Shown: positions 8,209-18,705 of the stretch, piece by piece
Position numbering within the stretch: the first letter of the stretch is position 1
Layout of the letters: the number at the start of each line of letters is the position of its first letter
DNA from: a virus
Lineage: Duplodnaviria; Caudoviricetes
Length of the DNA: 64,000 nt
Reading direction: 5' to 3' (one strand)
IMG/VR virus record: IMGVR_UViG_651703101_000001
Coordinates: 32,001-96,000 of that record
Notes under the pieces: model-generated
What the model was told of the DNA's origin: nothing
The model's input: the letters and a program-made list of their open reading frames with translations, nothing else
Database searches by the model: none
Made by a program: the position numbers and the translations under genes

Positions 8209-10623
8209 ATGGTCGTAAAAACAGCTAGTCCTGGTATCATAGTCAATGAAGTTGACTTGACAAAGGGAACTATTGATGCCATCACATCAAACGTTGGTGC
8301 ATTTTGTGGTCCTTTTGAAAAAGGCCCCGTTGATGAGTTTGTTTTGATCAACACTGAAGCAGAATTCCAAAGAGTATTTGGAAATCCTACAGAAGAGAAT
8401 TATGAATATTGGTGGACAGTTTCAAACTTCCTAGAATATGGTGGAGTTTGCTATGTCGTCCGTTGTGATGATGCTGCAGGTGATGGTTCTGAACTACTGA
8501 ATCCAAATCCTCAAACAATGAAAACTGCGACTGACGGAGCACAGGCAGTTTATGTTAAGAACGAAGATGACTTCACACTTAACTGGAAAGGTGTTGCCGC
8601 AGGAAAATTTATTGCAAGAAACCCAGGAACTTGGGGAAACAATCTTGGGATTGCTGTAATTGACCGTGGAGCTGACTATCAGTTTGACTTAAGTACGTCC
8701 AATATTACTGATGTGGTAGATGGTACTGCTGCAGCACCAGGAACTACATGGGACGTTGGCGTACAAGGTGGTGATATCGTTGGATCCTATGCTAAGATCA
8801 TCCTAGACGGTGCTGGTCCACAAGTTGCACCAGGCACATTCATTGAATTCATGGATGGTGCACAATCTATTGGATCCGGTCATCTTGTCAGTATTGATGA
8901 TACTAATGCTGATGAAATTTATCAAGTTATCGTTACTGATGGTACCTTTGTTGGAGCTGATACTCTAGATATTGGAACCCAATCAGCAACTGTCACTGGA
9001 GCCTTAGCCCAGGGTGAATATGTACTCTATTCTTCTAGTGATATTCAAAATAGAGTCAATGTCAAATGGAATCCAGAAACATTGACAGTAGAAGAAGGAT
9101 TTGCATTGGGATGGCCTGCACTACCTAACAATGGCCAAAAGAGAGTTAACGCTGCAGGTGATACCTTTGTATACAACTCTGCAAATCAGGTTTGGGTAAT
9201 TCAGTATACTCCAAAACAGAATGATCTAATCACTGACGGTACTTCTGTTTTCAGAATCTCAACCTTTGCAGATTGGTATTCCTCACAAATTGCTTTCCAG
9301 GGAATTCCATGGTTCCGTTTTGCTTCCAGACCAACAACTACCGTTAACGCATTCGACAAGGGTGCAACAAATGACGGTCTGAATATCATTTTGTATGATA
9401 CAACTGGTGCACTTACTGGATCCAAGGGTAATGTTCTAGAACAATACTTTGGTGTTTCCAAACTAATCGGTGCACGTACACAAGAAGGTGAATTGAACTA
9501 TTACGTTGATGTTATCAACAACAGATCAAATTACATTTTTGCAAACAGAGACCTAACAGCATCAGACAGTGTAGATGAACTAAACGATTCTCTACTTTTG
9601 TCACCTCCAGGTTCAACTATCGGTGACGGTATTAACTGTTCATTCATCGATGTAAAAACTTATACATTGAGTGGTGGTGTAGATCAATTGGAGGCATCCT
9701 TGGGAGAACTACAAAATGCATACAACAAGTTTAACCGTGAGAATGTTTCAGACCTAGATTACATTCTTCAAGGGCCTGGACTTTCTAACTTTGACGATTC
9801 TATAGCTAAGGCGAACTTCCTTATCTCTATTGTAGAAGAGCGTAGGGACTGTATGTGTTTTATCTCCCCACCAAGATACATGGTAGTTAACCAGGCTGAT
9901 TCTGAGACTATCACAAAAAATATTATCTCTTTTGCTCAAGAACTTTCATCTTCTTCATATGCTGTATTCGATTCTGGATACAAGTATACATATGATAGAT
10001 TTAATGATAAGTATCGTTATGTTCCTCTGAATGGTGATGTTGCTGGTCTATTGGTATTCAGTTCTATCGTAGCTGAGCCATGGTTCTCCCCAGCCGGTAT
10101 GTCTAGAGGACAGATTCGTAACGTTGTTAAGCTTCCATACAACCCAAGTAAAACACAAAGAGACGAACTGTATGCAGATCGTGTTAATCCAATTGTCACA
10201 TTCCCTGGTGAAGGAACTGTTCTATTCGGAGATAAGACCGCTTTAGGTTATACCTCAGCATTTGATCGCATTAATGTTCGTAAGTTGTTCTTGGTTATTG
10301 AAAGAGCAATTGCTAAATCAGCAAGAACTAACTTGTTTGAATTTAACGATGATATTACAAGATCTCTCTTCAAGAATAATGTAAATCCATTCTTAAGAGA
10401 CGTGCAGTCTAAGAGAGGTATTTTCGACTTCTTGGTAGTTTGTGATTCAAGCAACAACCCACCAGAAATCATTGATCGTAATGAATTTATTGCCGATTTC
10501 TACATCAAACCATCTCGTTCGATTAATTACATCGGTCTTAACTTCATCGCAACCAAGACCGGAGTTACCTTCGATGAGAGCGTTGGCCTCTTTAGAGGAA
10601 CTAACCAAACAACCAACCGTTGA
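8209..10623 (+). CDS. gp18: tail sheath protein gp18
   Basis: SPGIIVNEVDLT, PWFSPAG, FGDKT, AFDRINVRKLF, FEFND. Confidence 0.97.
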   Translation: MVVKTASPGIIVNEVDLTKGTIDAITSNVGAFCGPFEKGPVDEFVLINTEAEFQRVFGNPTEENYEYWWTVSNFLEYGGVCYVVRCDDAAGDGSELLNPNPQTMKTATDGAQAVYVKNEDDFTLNWKGVAAGKFIARNPGTWGNNLGIAVIDRGADYQFDLSTSNITDVVDGTAAAPGTTWDVGVQGGDIVGSYAKIILDGAGPQVAPGTFIEFMDGAQSIGSGHLVSIDDTNADEIYQVIVTDGTFVGADTLDIGTQSATVTGALAQGEYVLYSSSDIQNRVNVKWNPETLTVEEGFALGWPALPNNGQKRVNAAGDTFVYNSANQVWVIQYTPKQNDLITDGTSVFRISTFADWYSSQIAFQGIPWFRFASRPTTTVNAFDKGATNDGLNIILYDTTGALTGSKGNVLEQYFGVSKLIGARTQEGELNYYVDVINNRSNYIFANRDLTASDSVDELNDSLLLSPPGSTIGDGINCSFIDVKTYTLSGGVDQLEASLGELQNAYNKFNRENVSDLDYILQGPGLSNFDDSIAKANFLISIVEERRDCMCFISPPRYMVVNQADSETITKNIISFAQELSSSSYAVFDSGYKYTYDRFNDKYRYVPLNGDVAGLLVFSSIVAEPWFSPAGMSRGQIRNVVKLPYNPSKTQRDELYADRVNPIVTFPGEGTVLFGDKTALGYTSAFDRINVRKLFLVIERAIAKSARTNLFEFNDDITRSLFKNNVNPFLRDVQSKRGIFDFLVVCDSSNNPPEIIDRNEFIADFYIKPSRSINYIGLNFIATKTGVTFDESVGLFRGTNQTTNR

Positions 10624-10646
10624 CAACACTTAAGAGGTAAACAAAC

Positions 10647-11246
10647 ATGTCACAAAGAAGTATTGAAGATTTTAAGGCGGCGTTGTCCGGTGGTGGTGTA
10701 CGCCCTACTATGTTCCAGGTGGAACTTACATTCCCAGGAGATATCGTTGCCGATCCCAACCAGGCAACAAGTGATGGTATATTCCTAATCAAAGCTGCAG
10801 CACTCCCAGCAGCTACAGTTGGATCTATTGCAGTTCCGTTCAGAGGAAGACAACTTAAAGTTTCTGGAGATAGATCATTTGAAGACTGGCAAGTTACAGT
10901 CACAAACGATACCTCATTCCTTCTTCGTAAGGCCTTTGAGGAATGGTCTGAAAAGATTCAGAATTTTAACTATGTTCTTGGTGCAACTACTCTCGGTCAG
11001 TATTTCACCTCTGCAATTGTTCGTCAACTAGATAGAGATGGTCGTCAATTGAGAGCATATCGTTTTGAGGGAATTTGGCCAACTAATGTTGGGGCAATCG
11101 ACCTTAACTTTGAATCCACCGATTCGGTTGAAGAGTATCCAGTTACTTTTGCTGTCCAATATTGGGGAGCAATCGAGGATGGAGATCCTTTCACAAGTCC
11201 TGTTCCTACTGCTTCTACTTCAAATTTGAATGGAATTACGACCTGA
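10647..11246 (+). CDS. gp19: tail tube protein gp19
   Basis: GGGVRPTMFQV, VPFRGRQLKVSGDRSFEDW, QLDRDG. Confidence 0.96.
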   Translation: MSQRSIEDFKAALSGGGVRPTMFQVELTFPGDIVADPNQATSDGIFLIKAAALPAATVGSIAVPFRGRQLKVSGDRSFEDWQVTVTNDTSFLLRKAFEEWSEKIQNFNYVLGATTLGQYFTSAIVRQLDRDGRQLRAYRFEGIWPTNVGAIDLNFESTDSVEEYPVTFAVQYWGAIEDGDPFTSPVPTASTSNLNGITT

Positions 11247-11268
11247 TATACAAATATCAGAGTAGATC

Positions 11269-11294
11269 AAACCACCCATATAGGGTGGTTTTTT
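11269..11294 (+). terminator. intrinsic terminator after gp19
   Basis: AAACCACCC-atata-GGGTGGTTT followed by a T run. Confidence 0.85.
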
Positions 11295-11336
11295 ATTGCT
11301 TCCTAAATAATTGATAATAGAGTATAGAATATTATT

Positions 11337-13085
11337 GTGATTCCTAACAAGTCAGAAAAATTATTTGGTTTTTCATATAAGAAAGAAGACCCAAAAGAGA
11401 ACCTTTCAAAAATATCACCAGTTCCACCAAATTCAGATGATGGCGTTACTATCGCAGCAGGCGGATTGTATGGTTATTCAATGGATGATGGTGGTCAGAC
11501 CACTAAAGATTATGAATTAATCCGCAGGTATCGAGACATGGCCATGCATCCCGAAGTGGATTCTGCCATTGAAGAAATAGTCAATGAGGCGATTGTTTCA
11601 GACACGAATGATACTCCAGTAGCTATAGATCTTACAAATCTAGATATCTCAGAAAAGATTAAGGTAATTATGAGAGAAGAATTCTCATACATCTTACATC
11701 TTTTGGACTTTAACAACAATGCCCATGAAATATTCCGTAAATGGTATATTGATGGTAGATTGTTCTATCACAAAGTAATTGATCTTAATGCCCCAGAAAG
11801 AGGTATTACGGATCTTCGTAGTATAGATTCTCTTAAGATTAAACCTATAAGAGAATACAAAAGAGATACAGCGTTTACAAATTTGGAAACCGCTAAAGGA
11901 TTATCTTCCATGGATGCCAAGGCATTCGGTCAAGCAGCCAAAGCGTTTCCAGCTAAAATTGAAGAATATTTCCTATACAACAAAAGAGGAATCAATTATT
12001 TAGGGCTCGGTGGATATACCGGTAATGCTATGAATCAAGGAACTGTAAAGATTGCAAAAGACTCAGTTACTTATATCACCTCTGGATTAGTAAATGGAAA
12101 CAATGGCCAAGTTCTTTCTTATCTTGACAAGGCATTCAAGTCACTAAACCAACTCCGTTGGATGGAAGATGCCATTGTCATTTATCGTATGGCCAGAGCT
12201 CCAGAAAGAAGACTTTTCTACATCGATGTTGGCAACTTACCAAAACAAAAGGCTGAGGCATATCTTCGTGATGTTATGGCTAGATATAGAACTAGAATAA
12301 CATACAATCAGGCCACTGGAGAGATTCGTGATGAAAAGAATACAATGTCTATGTTGGAAGACTACTGGCTACCACGTAGAGAAGGAGGAAGAGGAACTGA
12401 AGTTTCTACACTTCCTGGGGGACAAAACCTAGGAGAACTATCCGACCTTGATTATTTTAAACAAAAACTTTATCAATCACTTAACGTCCCAGCAAGTAGA
12501 CTAGGTGAAGATGGATCCGGTGGTGGTGTGCAGATCGGACAATCTGATGACATTATGCGTGATGAGGTTAATTTCTCAAAATTCGTAGGAAGAATGAGAA
12601 AAAGATTCTCCATGCTCTTTATCGATATTCTGAAAACTCAATTGGTCCTTAAAGGTGTAACCTCACCTAAAGAATTTGACTCCATGAAGGAGCATATTCA
12701 ATTTGATTTCCAATATGATAATCACTTTGCAGAACTGCGTCAGCTTAATATTCTTCAACAAAAACTTCAGGCTGCAACAATGATGGAACCTTACATTGGT
12801 AAGTATTATTCAGTCTTCTATATTCGTAATGAAATTCTTGGTCAGACTGATGCTCAAATCAAAGATATCGATAGACAGATCTCTTACGAACGTAACGTTG
12901 GTATCATTCCCGATCCTAATGCTCAAATGCAACAGGAAGAGGAAGAACAAGAACCGGATCCAAATTTGCCACCGGAAGGTGATATGGATTTGAATGGAGA
13001 ACCATTACCTCCTGAAATGACACAAGCTGCTGGACCACCACCAGAAGGACAAGACCCATTGTCTCAACTATTAGGAACAATATGA
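11337..13085 (+). CDS. gp20: portal protein gp20
   Basis: HPEVDSAIEEIVNE, YRMARAPERRLFYIDVGNLP, EDYWLPRREGGRGTE. Confidence 0.97.
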   Translation: MIPNKSEKLFGFSYKKEDPKENLSKISPVPPNSDDGVTIAAGGLYGYSMDDGGQTTKDYELIRRYRDMAMHPEVDSAIEEIVNEAIVSDTNDTPVAIDLTNLDISEKIKVIMREEFSYILHLLDFNNNAHEIFRKWYIDGRLFYHKVIDLNAPERGITDLRSIDSLKIKPIREYKRDTAFTNLETAKGLSSMDAKAFGQAAKAFPAKIEEYFLYNKRGINYLGLGGYTGNAMNQGTVKIAKDSVTYITSGLVNGNNGQVLSYLDKAFKSLNQLRWMEDAIVIYRMARAPERRLFYIDVGNLPKQKAEAYLRDVMARYRTRITYNQATGEIRDEKNTMSMLEDYWLPRREGGRGTEVSTLPGGQNLGELSDLDYFKQKLYQSLNVPASRLGEDGSGGGVQIGQSDDIMRDEVNFSKFVGRMRKRFSMLFIDILKTQLVLKGVTSPKEFDSMKEHIQFDFQYDNHFAELRQLNILQQKLQAATMMEPYIGKYYSVFYIRNEILGQTDAQIKDIDRQISYERNVGIIPDPNAQMQQEEEEQEPDPNLPPEGDMDLNGEPLPPEMTQAAGPPPEGQDPLSQLLGTI

Positions 13086-13228
13086 AATTATTAGTAAATG
13101 TTATTAAATCCGTTTGGAAATATTTCATAGAAGAACCACCAGGAGTTTACTATAGGGGTGGTTACCTCTATGAAAATACGAATAAACCAACAACTCCACG
13201 ACCACTAAAACTTAAAAGATCTAAATAA
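13082..13228 (+). CDS. small hypothetical protein (48 aa, not in the ORF track)
   Basis: MKLLVNVIKSVWKYFIEEPPGVYYRGG...; ATGA overlap with the gp20 stop; fills the gap. Confidence 0.5.
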   Translation: MKLLVNVIKSVWKYFIEEPPGVYYRGGYLYENTNKPTTPRPLKLKRSK

Positions 13229-13249
13229 CTACAACAATAACAAAATATC

Positions 13250-13471
13250 ATGTCACAAGTCGTAGCACTAATTGATCTTATCGCTCAAGGTAAGAATGTT
13301 GAAGCTTCAGAAGTTCTCAATCAAGAACTTCTTGCAAGATCATATCAAAACATCAATGATATCACTCCACAAGTAGCACAAGAATACTTTGCTCCAGTGG
13401 TCGGTGATGCATCGGAAGATGATCAAATTAATGATGAAGAAACCGAAACAGAAGAGGATTCTGAAGAATGA
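13250..13471 (+). CDS. prohead core protein (gp67-like)
   Basis: Small acidic protein between portal and protease; TAAATA at 13222. Confidence 0.6.
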   Translation: MSQVVALIDLIAQGKNVEASEVLNQELLARSYQNINDITPQVAQEYFAPVVGDASEDDQINDEETETEEDSEE

Positions 13472-14112
13472 GATTAATTGTAGAAGAAATTGAAAACGTT
13501 GAAGTCCTAACAGAAACCGTTAACGGTAAGAAATCTTTTTGGATTCAAGGTCCTTTCCTACAGGGTGATATCAAAAACCGTAATGGAAGAATTTACGAAT
13601 CAAGAATTCTTGCAAAAGAAGTTGGCCGTTACAATGAAAATTACGTGAATAAAGGAAGAGCAGTAGGAGAGCTCGGCCATCCCGATGGTCCTACCGTAAA
13701 CCTCGACCGTGTATCTCATAAGATCACTGAGCTCAAACAGAATGGATCCAATTTTATCGGAAAAGCCAAAATTCTAGAAACTCCAATGGGAAGAATTGCA
13801 TCCGCACTATTAAATGACGGTGTAACTCTCGGTGTTTCTTCCCGTGGTATGGGATCTCTTGTTGAAAGAGATGGAACAAAGTTCGTCGGTGAAGATTTCA
13901 TGTTGGCGACAGCCGCAGATATCGTTGCTGATCCATCTGCACCAGATGCATTCGTTCAAGGAATCATGGAATCCAAAGAATGGATTTGGGACAATGGACT
14001 ACTTAAAGAAGTTGAAGTTTCTCGTTCTAGAGATAGAATCAACGAAGCAGCACGTGCAGGTAGACTGGACGAACAAACATTAATTGAATTTGAGAGACTT
14101 CTATTTTCGTAA
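13468..14112 (+). CDS. gp21: prohead core protease gp21
   Basis: NRNGRIY, GELGHP, GVSSRGMGS, DIVADPSAPDA. Confidence 0.96.
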   Translation: MRLIVEEIENVEVLTETVNGKKSFWIQGPFLQGDIKNRNGRIYESRILAKEVGRYNENYVNKGRAVGELGHPDGPTVNLDRVSHKITELKQNGSNFIGKAKILETPMGRIASALLNDGVTLGVSSRGMGSLVERDGTKFVGEDFMLATAADIVADPSAPDAFVQGIMESKEWIWDNGLLKEVEVSRSRDRINEAARAGRLDEQTLIEFERLLFS

Positions 14113-14146
14113 TTTGTTATAACAAATTTCAATTGCAATTTTCAAA

Positions 14147-16057
14147 ATGCTAGAGAGTCGCGACAACCTAACACAATCTGTTAACAATTTAAACGTTTGT
14201 AGATGTAGAGCTTGTTCGGCTCTTTCTGTTGAAAGTACAGATACAAATCCTACTATCGCATACGCTTTACCTTCCTTAGATCAGAGTGTATCGATACTTC
14301 CATTGGTAGACACTTCCAATACATTCAAACTACACAGCAATCCTACAGCTACGAAGACAATCTTTTTGGATTTTGATGGTCATACTATATCAAATTCAGT
14401 GTGGGAAAATGGAGGAAACCTGAGACTTGGTTCTTTTTATTCAACTCTCAATTCTACAACCCTATCTGAAATTCAAAGAATTTGGCAAAGAATTGCAGAA
14501 GATTTTGCACCATTTAACATTAACGTAACGACACAAGATCCAGGTACTGCGGCTCTAACTAAATCTGGAGAAGGTGATGATACGTGGGGCATTCGTGTTG
14601 CATTCACATCCAATAGAAATCTAAACACCGGAAACCCTATCATTAATGCGGGTGGGGGTGGTACCGCTTATTACAACAGTTTTAATTGGAGCACAGATGA
14701 GGTTGCACTGGTATTCAACAGAGGTGAATATACAGCTGCTAATACCGCCAGCCATGAGATTGGCCATACTTTGAATTTGTTTCATGATGGAAATCCATCG
14801 ACTGTTTATTATCCAGGAGACAGTAGAACTGGAGCAACCGGTTGGGCTACAATCATGGGTGCACCATGGTTGGGAAATGACGAAGCACTTACACAGTGGG
14901 ATAGAGGTGAATATTCCGGAGCAAACAACCAACAGGATGATTTGGCGGTAATTACAGGAAACAACGGATTCGGATATAGAATCGATGATCACGGAAACAC
15001 ATTTAATACCGCCACACACCTAACAGGAACAACATTTAATAGATTTGGAATAATTGAAACAAATACAGATTTGGATGTTTTCAGATTTGAAACAGGAACA
15101 GGAGTTGTCAATATCAACATCGACAACTCTTCCAGAGCATATGTAAAAACATCTACCGGATTTACAGAATCGTATTTGGCATCTAGAGGTGCTAATTTAG
15201 ATATTGGTGTCTACCTATATTCAGCCGATGGTACACTCATTCAATATTATAATCCACAAGAAACAACCAATGTATCTATCTCTAGAGAATTAACACAGGG
15301 TACATATTACCTGAAGCTTGATGGAGTAGGTACACAGTATTATAGTGACTACGGAAGTCTTGGTCAGTATCTAATTACCGGTTCAGTTCATCAACCTATT
15401 GTTATTGTTGATCCTCCCGTAGATCCTCCTGCGGAAGAGCCTCCGATTGAAGAACCACCAGTAGATCCTCCATTTATTACAGTTCCTAAAGAATACTTTG
15501 CGAATTCAGGTGCAATAGAGGCTAAACGTAACTATTCTTCATCTTCTCCAATCACTATTAATGGTGGACTTGAAAATACTTATTCCAGCGACAATCAATA
15601 CATGGAAATAAGAGAGGGTCTGTTCTTCATCACAGGTTCTAGAGCTCTTTCTTTAGATGCATACGTATGGCAATTCGATAATGTAATCAATGCCAGAAAT
15701 ATAGAATTTGAAGGAAGAAGAACAAACAACAATAATGCAGATAATTTTATTATTCAATACTCAACAGATAAAGTCAATTGGACAAACGCAATGACTGTAT
15801 CTAGTGGAGTTGATCGCACCCTTACACATGAATTTACAGATCCAATCACAGGAACAATTTATGTAAAAGCATTTGACACCAAGCAAGGAAAAACAGATGG
15901 CAGACAAGTAGATTCTTTGTTTATCGATAAGCTTGTCATTAATGGAGATGCACTTATTCCTCAATTTTCTCCTTTTGATATATCAGAAGAACTAAATATT
16001 AGTAATCAAGTCTTCAGTCCTACACCACCTACGGAATACTTATTGAGTACAACATAA
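14147..16057 (+). CDS. zinc metalloprotease (metzincin-like) with a PPC-like domain, Pro-rich linker and C-terminal beta domain
   Basis: HEIGHTLNLFH zinc motif, Met-turn ATIMG, TIFLDFDGH, DDHGN followed by DLDVFRF (PPC-like). Confidence 0.8.
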   Translation: MLESRDNLTQSVNNLNVCRCRACSALSVESTDTNPTIAYALPSLDQSVSILPLVDTSNTFKLHSNPTATKTIFLDFDGHTISNSVWENGGNLRLGSFYSTLNSTTLSEIQRIWQRIAEDFAPFNINVTTQDPGTAALTKSGEGDDTWGIRVAFTSNRNLNTGNPIINAGGGGTAYYNSFNWSTDEVALVFNRGEYTAANTASHEIGHTLNLFHDGNPSTVYYPGDSRTGATGWATIMGAPWLGNDEALTQWDRGEYSGANNQQDDLAVITGNNGFGYRIDDHGNTFNTATHLTGTTFNRFGIIETNTDLDVFRFETGTGVVNINIDNSSRAYVKTSTGFTESYLASRGANLDIGVYLYSADGTLIQYYNPQETTNVSISRELTQGTYYLKLDGVGTQYYSDYGSLGQYLITGSVHQPIVIVDPPVDPPAEEPPIEEPPVDPPFITVPKEYFANSGAIEAKRNYSSSSPITINGGLENTYSSDNQYMEIREGLFFITGSRALSLDAYVWQFDNVINARNIEFEGRRTNNNNADNFIIQYSTDKVNWTNAMTVSSGVDRTLTHEFTDPITGTIYVKAFDTKQGKTDGRQVDSLFIDKLVINGDALIPQFSPFDISEELNISNQVFSPTPPTEYLLSTT

Positions 16058-16111
16058 GGTTTTCCTAAATAAAACAAGGATCAACACTAAATAAAATAAA
16101 GATTGACAATT

Positions 16112-17194
16112 ATGGCTACTTCACAAAGTAAAACACAGGTAAATGCTAGAGCAGCTTCAGGCGATCCAATGCCTAAGTTGTCTGGTAATGTTGTTCCTGG
16201 AACTTCTAATTCTTATGAAGATTTAGGTGGTCCTACCAATACAGATTATAAGGCAGATAATGATTCTGCTAAATTAAATCTACGCCTTCCATCCCAATCA
16301 AAAACAGTAATAAATGATAAGGGTGGTCCTCACCAATCAACAGGTGGTGGAACTTCAAAGAAAGAATTGAAGCAAGGTGGTGAACAGGATTATGCTGGTT
16401 CCGAAGATGGAACTAAGTCTGGACGTACAAATCCTGGTCCAGAAAAGCTTGGTAGACAAGCATCTTATGAGCACACCGAAATTGATGAAACTGCCGGTGA
16501 GCAATTAGATGAACTTGCAGATAGTGCAAATGCATCGGAAGACTTTAAGGAAAGAGCCAAAGTCATTTTCGAGGCTGCACTTAACCAAAAACTCCAGCTG
16601 GAAGTTGCCAGACTGGAAGAAGAATTCTCTACACGTTTTGAGGAAGAGATTGGCGTCATCGCCGAGCAGGTAGAAGCCTTCCTCAACTATACTTCAGCCC
16701 AATGGCTGGAAGAGAACAGACTTGTGGTCGAAAACGGTATCCGTAACAAGCTCTCTGAGAGCTTTATGGGTGGTTTGAGATCACTATTTGAAGACCATTA
16801 TGTTACTCTCCCTGATGAGAAGTATGACATCTTTGAATCGATGGTCGCAAAACTTGATGAAATGGAAGACAAACTCAACGAACAGATTGACGTTAACGTT
16901 ACTCTGAATTCACAAATGAGCAGATTCCAGCGTGAGTCTATTCTTGCCGATGTATCTTGGGATCTTTCCGAGGTTGGTAAAGAAAGACTTGCTGGACTTG
17001 CTGAAAACGTAGAGTTTGAAAGTGAAGAATCTTATCGTAGAAAACTTGGCATTCTTAAGGAATCCTTTATCGAATCATCTTCTGGTGCATCCGGTGAATA
17101 TCTAGAGGAAGAGACTGAGATTCTACAACAAACAGAAAATGATAACTCTCCAATGGCAATTTATGCCAAAGCTCTGTCACGTTCTGTTCGCTGA
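16112..17194 (+). CDS. gp22: prohead scaffold protein gp22
   Basis: SEDFKERAKVIFEAA, QWLEENRL, LFEDHY; directly precedes gp23. Confidence 0.92.
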   Translation: MATSQSKTQVNARAASGDPMPKLSGNVVPGTSNSYEDLGGPTNTDYKADNDSAKLNLRLPSQSKTVINDKGGPHQSTGGGTSKKELKQGGEQDYAGSEDGTKSGRTNPGPEKLGRQASYEHTEIDETAGEQLDELADSANASEDFKERAKVIFEAALNQKLQLEVARLEEEFSTRFEEEIGVIAEQVEAFLNYTSAQWLEENRLVVENGIRNKLSESFMGGLRSLFEDHYVTLPDEKYDIFESMVAKLDEMEDKLNEQIDVNVTLNSQMSRFQRESILADVSWDLSEVGKERLAGLAENVEFESEESYRRKLGILKESFIESSSGASGEYLEEETEILQQTENDNSPMAIYAKALSRSVR

Positions 17195-17226
17195 CAACAT
17201 TTCCACTAAACATAGGTAAAAACTAA

Positions 17227-18636
17227 ATGTCTACACACCAACTTATGGAGAAGTGGGCTCCTATTCTGGATCATCAAGATTTGCCAAAAATCACCGATCC
17301 ATATAGAAGAGCCGTAACATCTCAACTCCTAGAAAACCAAGAAAAGTTCCTTAGAGAACAGGCTGCTATGGGACAATCCCAGGGCCTATTCCTTGCCGAA
17401 GCCCCAACCAACTCTGTTGGTGCTGATGGTTTCCAAGGTTCCGCAGCTGCTACCGGACCTGTTGCTGGTTTCGACCCAGTTCTGATCTCTTTGATTAGAC
17501 GTTCGATGCCTAATCTTGTAGCTTATGACGTATGTGGCGTTCAGCCAATGAGTGGTCCTACCGGACTGATCTTCTCCATGCGTTCAACCTACAATGATCA
17601 GAACGGAAACGAAGCTCTATTCGATGAACCTGATGTTGGTTTCTCTGGTTCACAAGGTGCCGCAACTGGTGCTACTCCTACTGAGAGCAACCCTGGTCTA
17701 CTTGCAACTGTAGGTTCTGCTCCTGGTACTACTCCAGACGGTTCTAACCCTGGTGGTGCTAACTACGATCCACTTCTTTCCAACATGGATGGAATGGGTA
17801 AGGATATCCTTGAAGGACTTGGAGAATCTGCTGGTTCTGCATTCCGTCAAATGGGATTCATGATCGATAAGACCACTGTTTCAGCAAAGGGTCGTGCTCT
17901 GAAAGCTCAATACTCCATGGAGCTTGCACAAGATCTTCGTGCTATTCAAGGTCTTGATGCTGAAGCAGAATTGGCTAACATTCTGTCTTCCGAAATCCTT
18001 GCAGAAATCAACCGTGAAATCATTCGTACCGTTTACCGTACTGCGGTTCCTGGTGCTCAGAACAACGTTGTAACTGCTGGTACTTTCGACCTCGATACTG
18101 ACTCCAACGGTCGTTGGGCTGTTGAGAAGTTCAAAGGACTTCTATTCCAAATCGAAAGAGACTTGAACGCTATCGGACAACAAACTCGTCGTAACAAGGG
18201 TAATCTTATCATCTGTTCTGCAGACGTTGCTTCTGCTCTAACCATGGCAGGTGTTCTTGATTACACTCCAGCTCTAAATGCAAACCTCGATGTTGATGAC
18301 ACCGGTAACTGCTTCGCTGGAACTATCAACAAGAAGTTGAAAGTCTTCATCGACCCATACTCTGCAAACATCTCCAATACCCACTACTACGTGGCTGGTT
18401 ATAAGGGTACTAATGCATATGACGCTGGACTATTCTATTGTCCATATATTCCTCTACAAATGGTAAGATCAGTTACTGCTGATACCTTCCAACCAAATAT
18501 CGGATTCAAGACCCGTTATGGTTTGGTCGCTAACCCATTCGCTGAAGGACGTAAGGAGCAAAACCAAGGTCTCGGTCGTCTATCTGATAACACCAACCGT
18601 TACTACAGACGTGTTCGTATCACCAACCTAATGTGA
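17227..18636 (+). CDS. gp23: major capsid protein gp23
   Basis: LMEKWAPIL, FDPVLISLIRRSMPNL, GVQPMSGPTGLIF, AGLFYCPY, FKTRYG. Confidence 0.98.
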   Translation: MSTHQLMEKWAPILDHQDLPKITDPYRRAVTSQLLENQEKFLREQAAMGQSQGLFLAEAPTNSVGADGFQGSAAATGPVAGFDPVLISLIRRSMPNLVAYDVCGVQPMSGPTGLIFSMRSTYNDQNGNEALFDEPDVGFSGSQGAATGATPTESNPGLLATVGSAPGTTPDGSNPGGANYDPLLSNMDGMGKDILEGLGESAGSAFRQMGFMIDKTTVSAKGRALKAQYSMELAQDLRAIQGLDAEAELANILSSEILAEINREIIRTVYRTAVPGAQNNVVTAGTFDLDTDSNGRWAVEKFKGLLFQIERDLNAIGQQTRRNKGNLIICSADVASALTMAGVLDYTPALNANLDVDDTGNCFAGTINKKLKVFIDPYSANISNTHYYVAGYKGTNAYDAGLFYCPYIPLQMVRSVTADTFQPNIGFKTRYGLVANPFAEGRKEQNQGLGRLSDNTNRYYRRVRITNLM

Positions 18637-18654
18637 GTTAGGTTACATCTCATC

Positions 18655-18677
18655 AAGGGGGCTTCGGCCCCCTTTTT
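18655..18677 (+). terminator. intrinsic terminator after gp23
   Basis: GGGGGC-TTCG-GCCCCC-TTTTT. Confidence 0.92.
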
Positions 18678-18705
18678 GTTTCTAAATAAAGAAAATAGAA
18701 GTAGT

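Noticed and set aside
15410-15472. gatcctcc repeats in the protease gene
   Set aside because: They simply encode a Pro-rich linker (DPPVDPPAEEPP); not an independent DNA element
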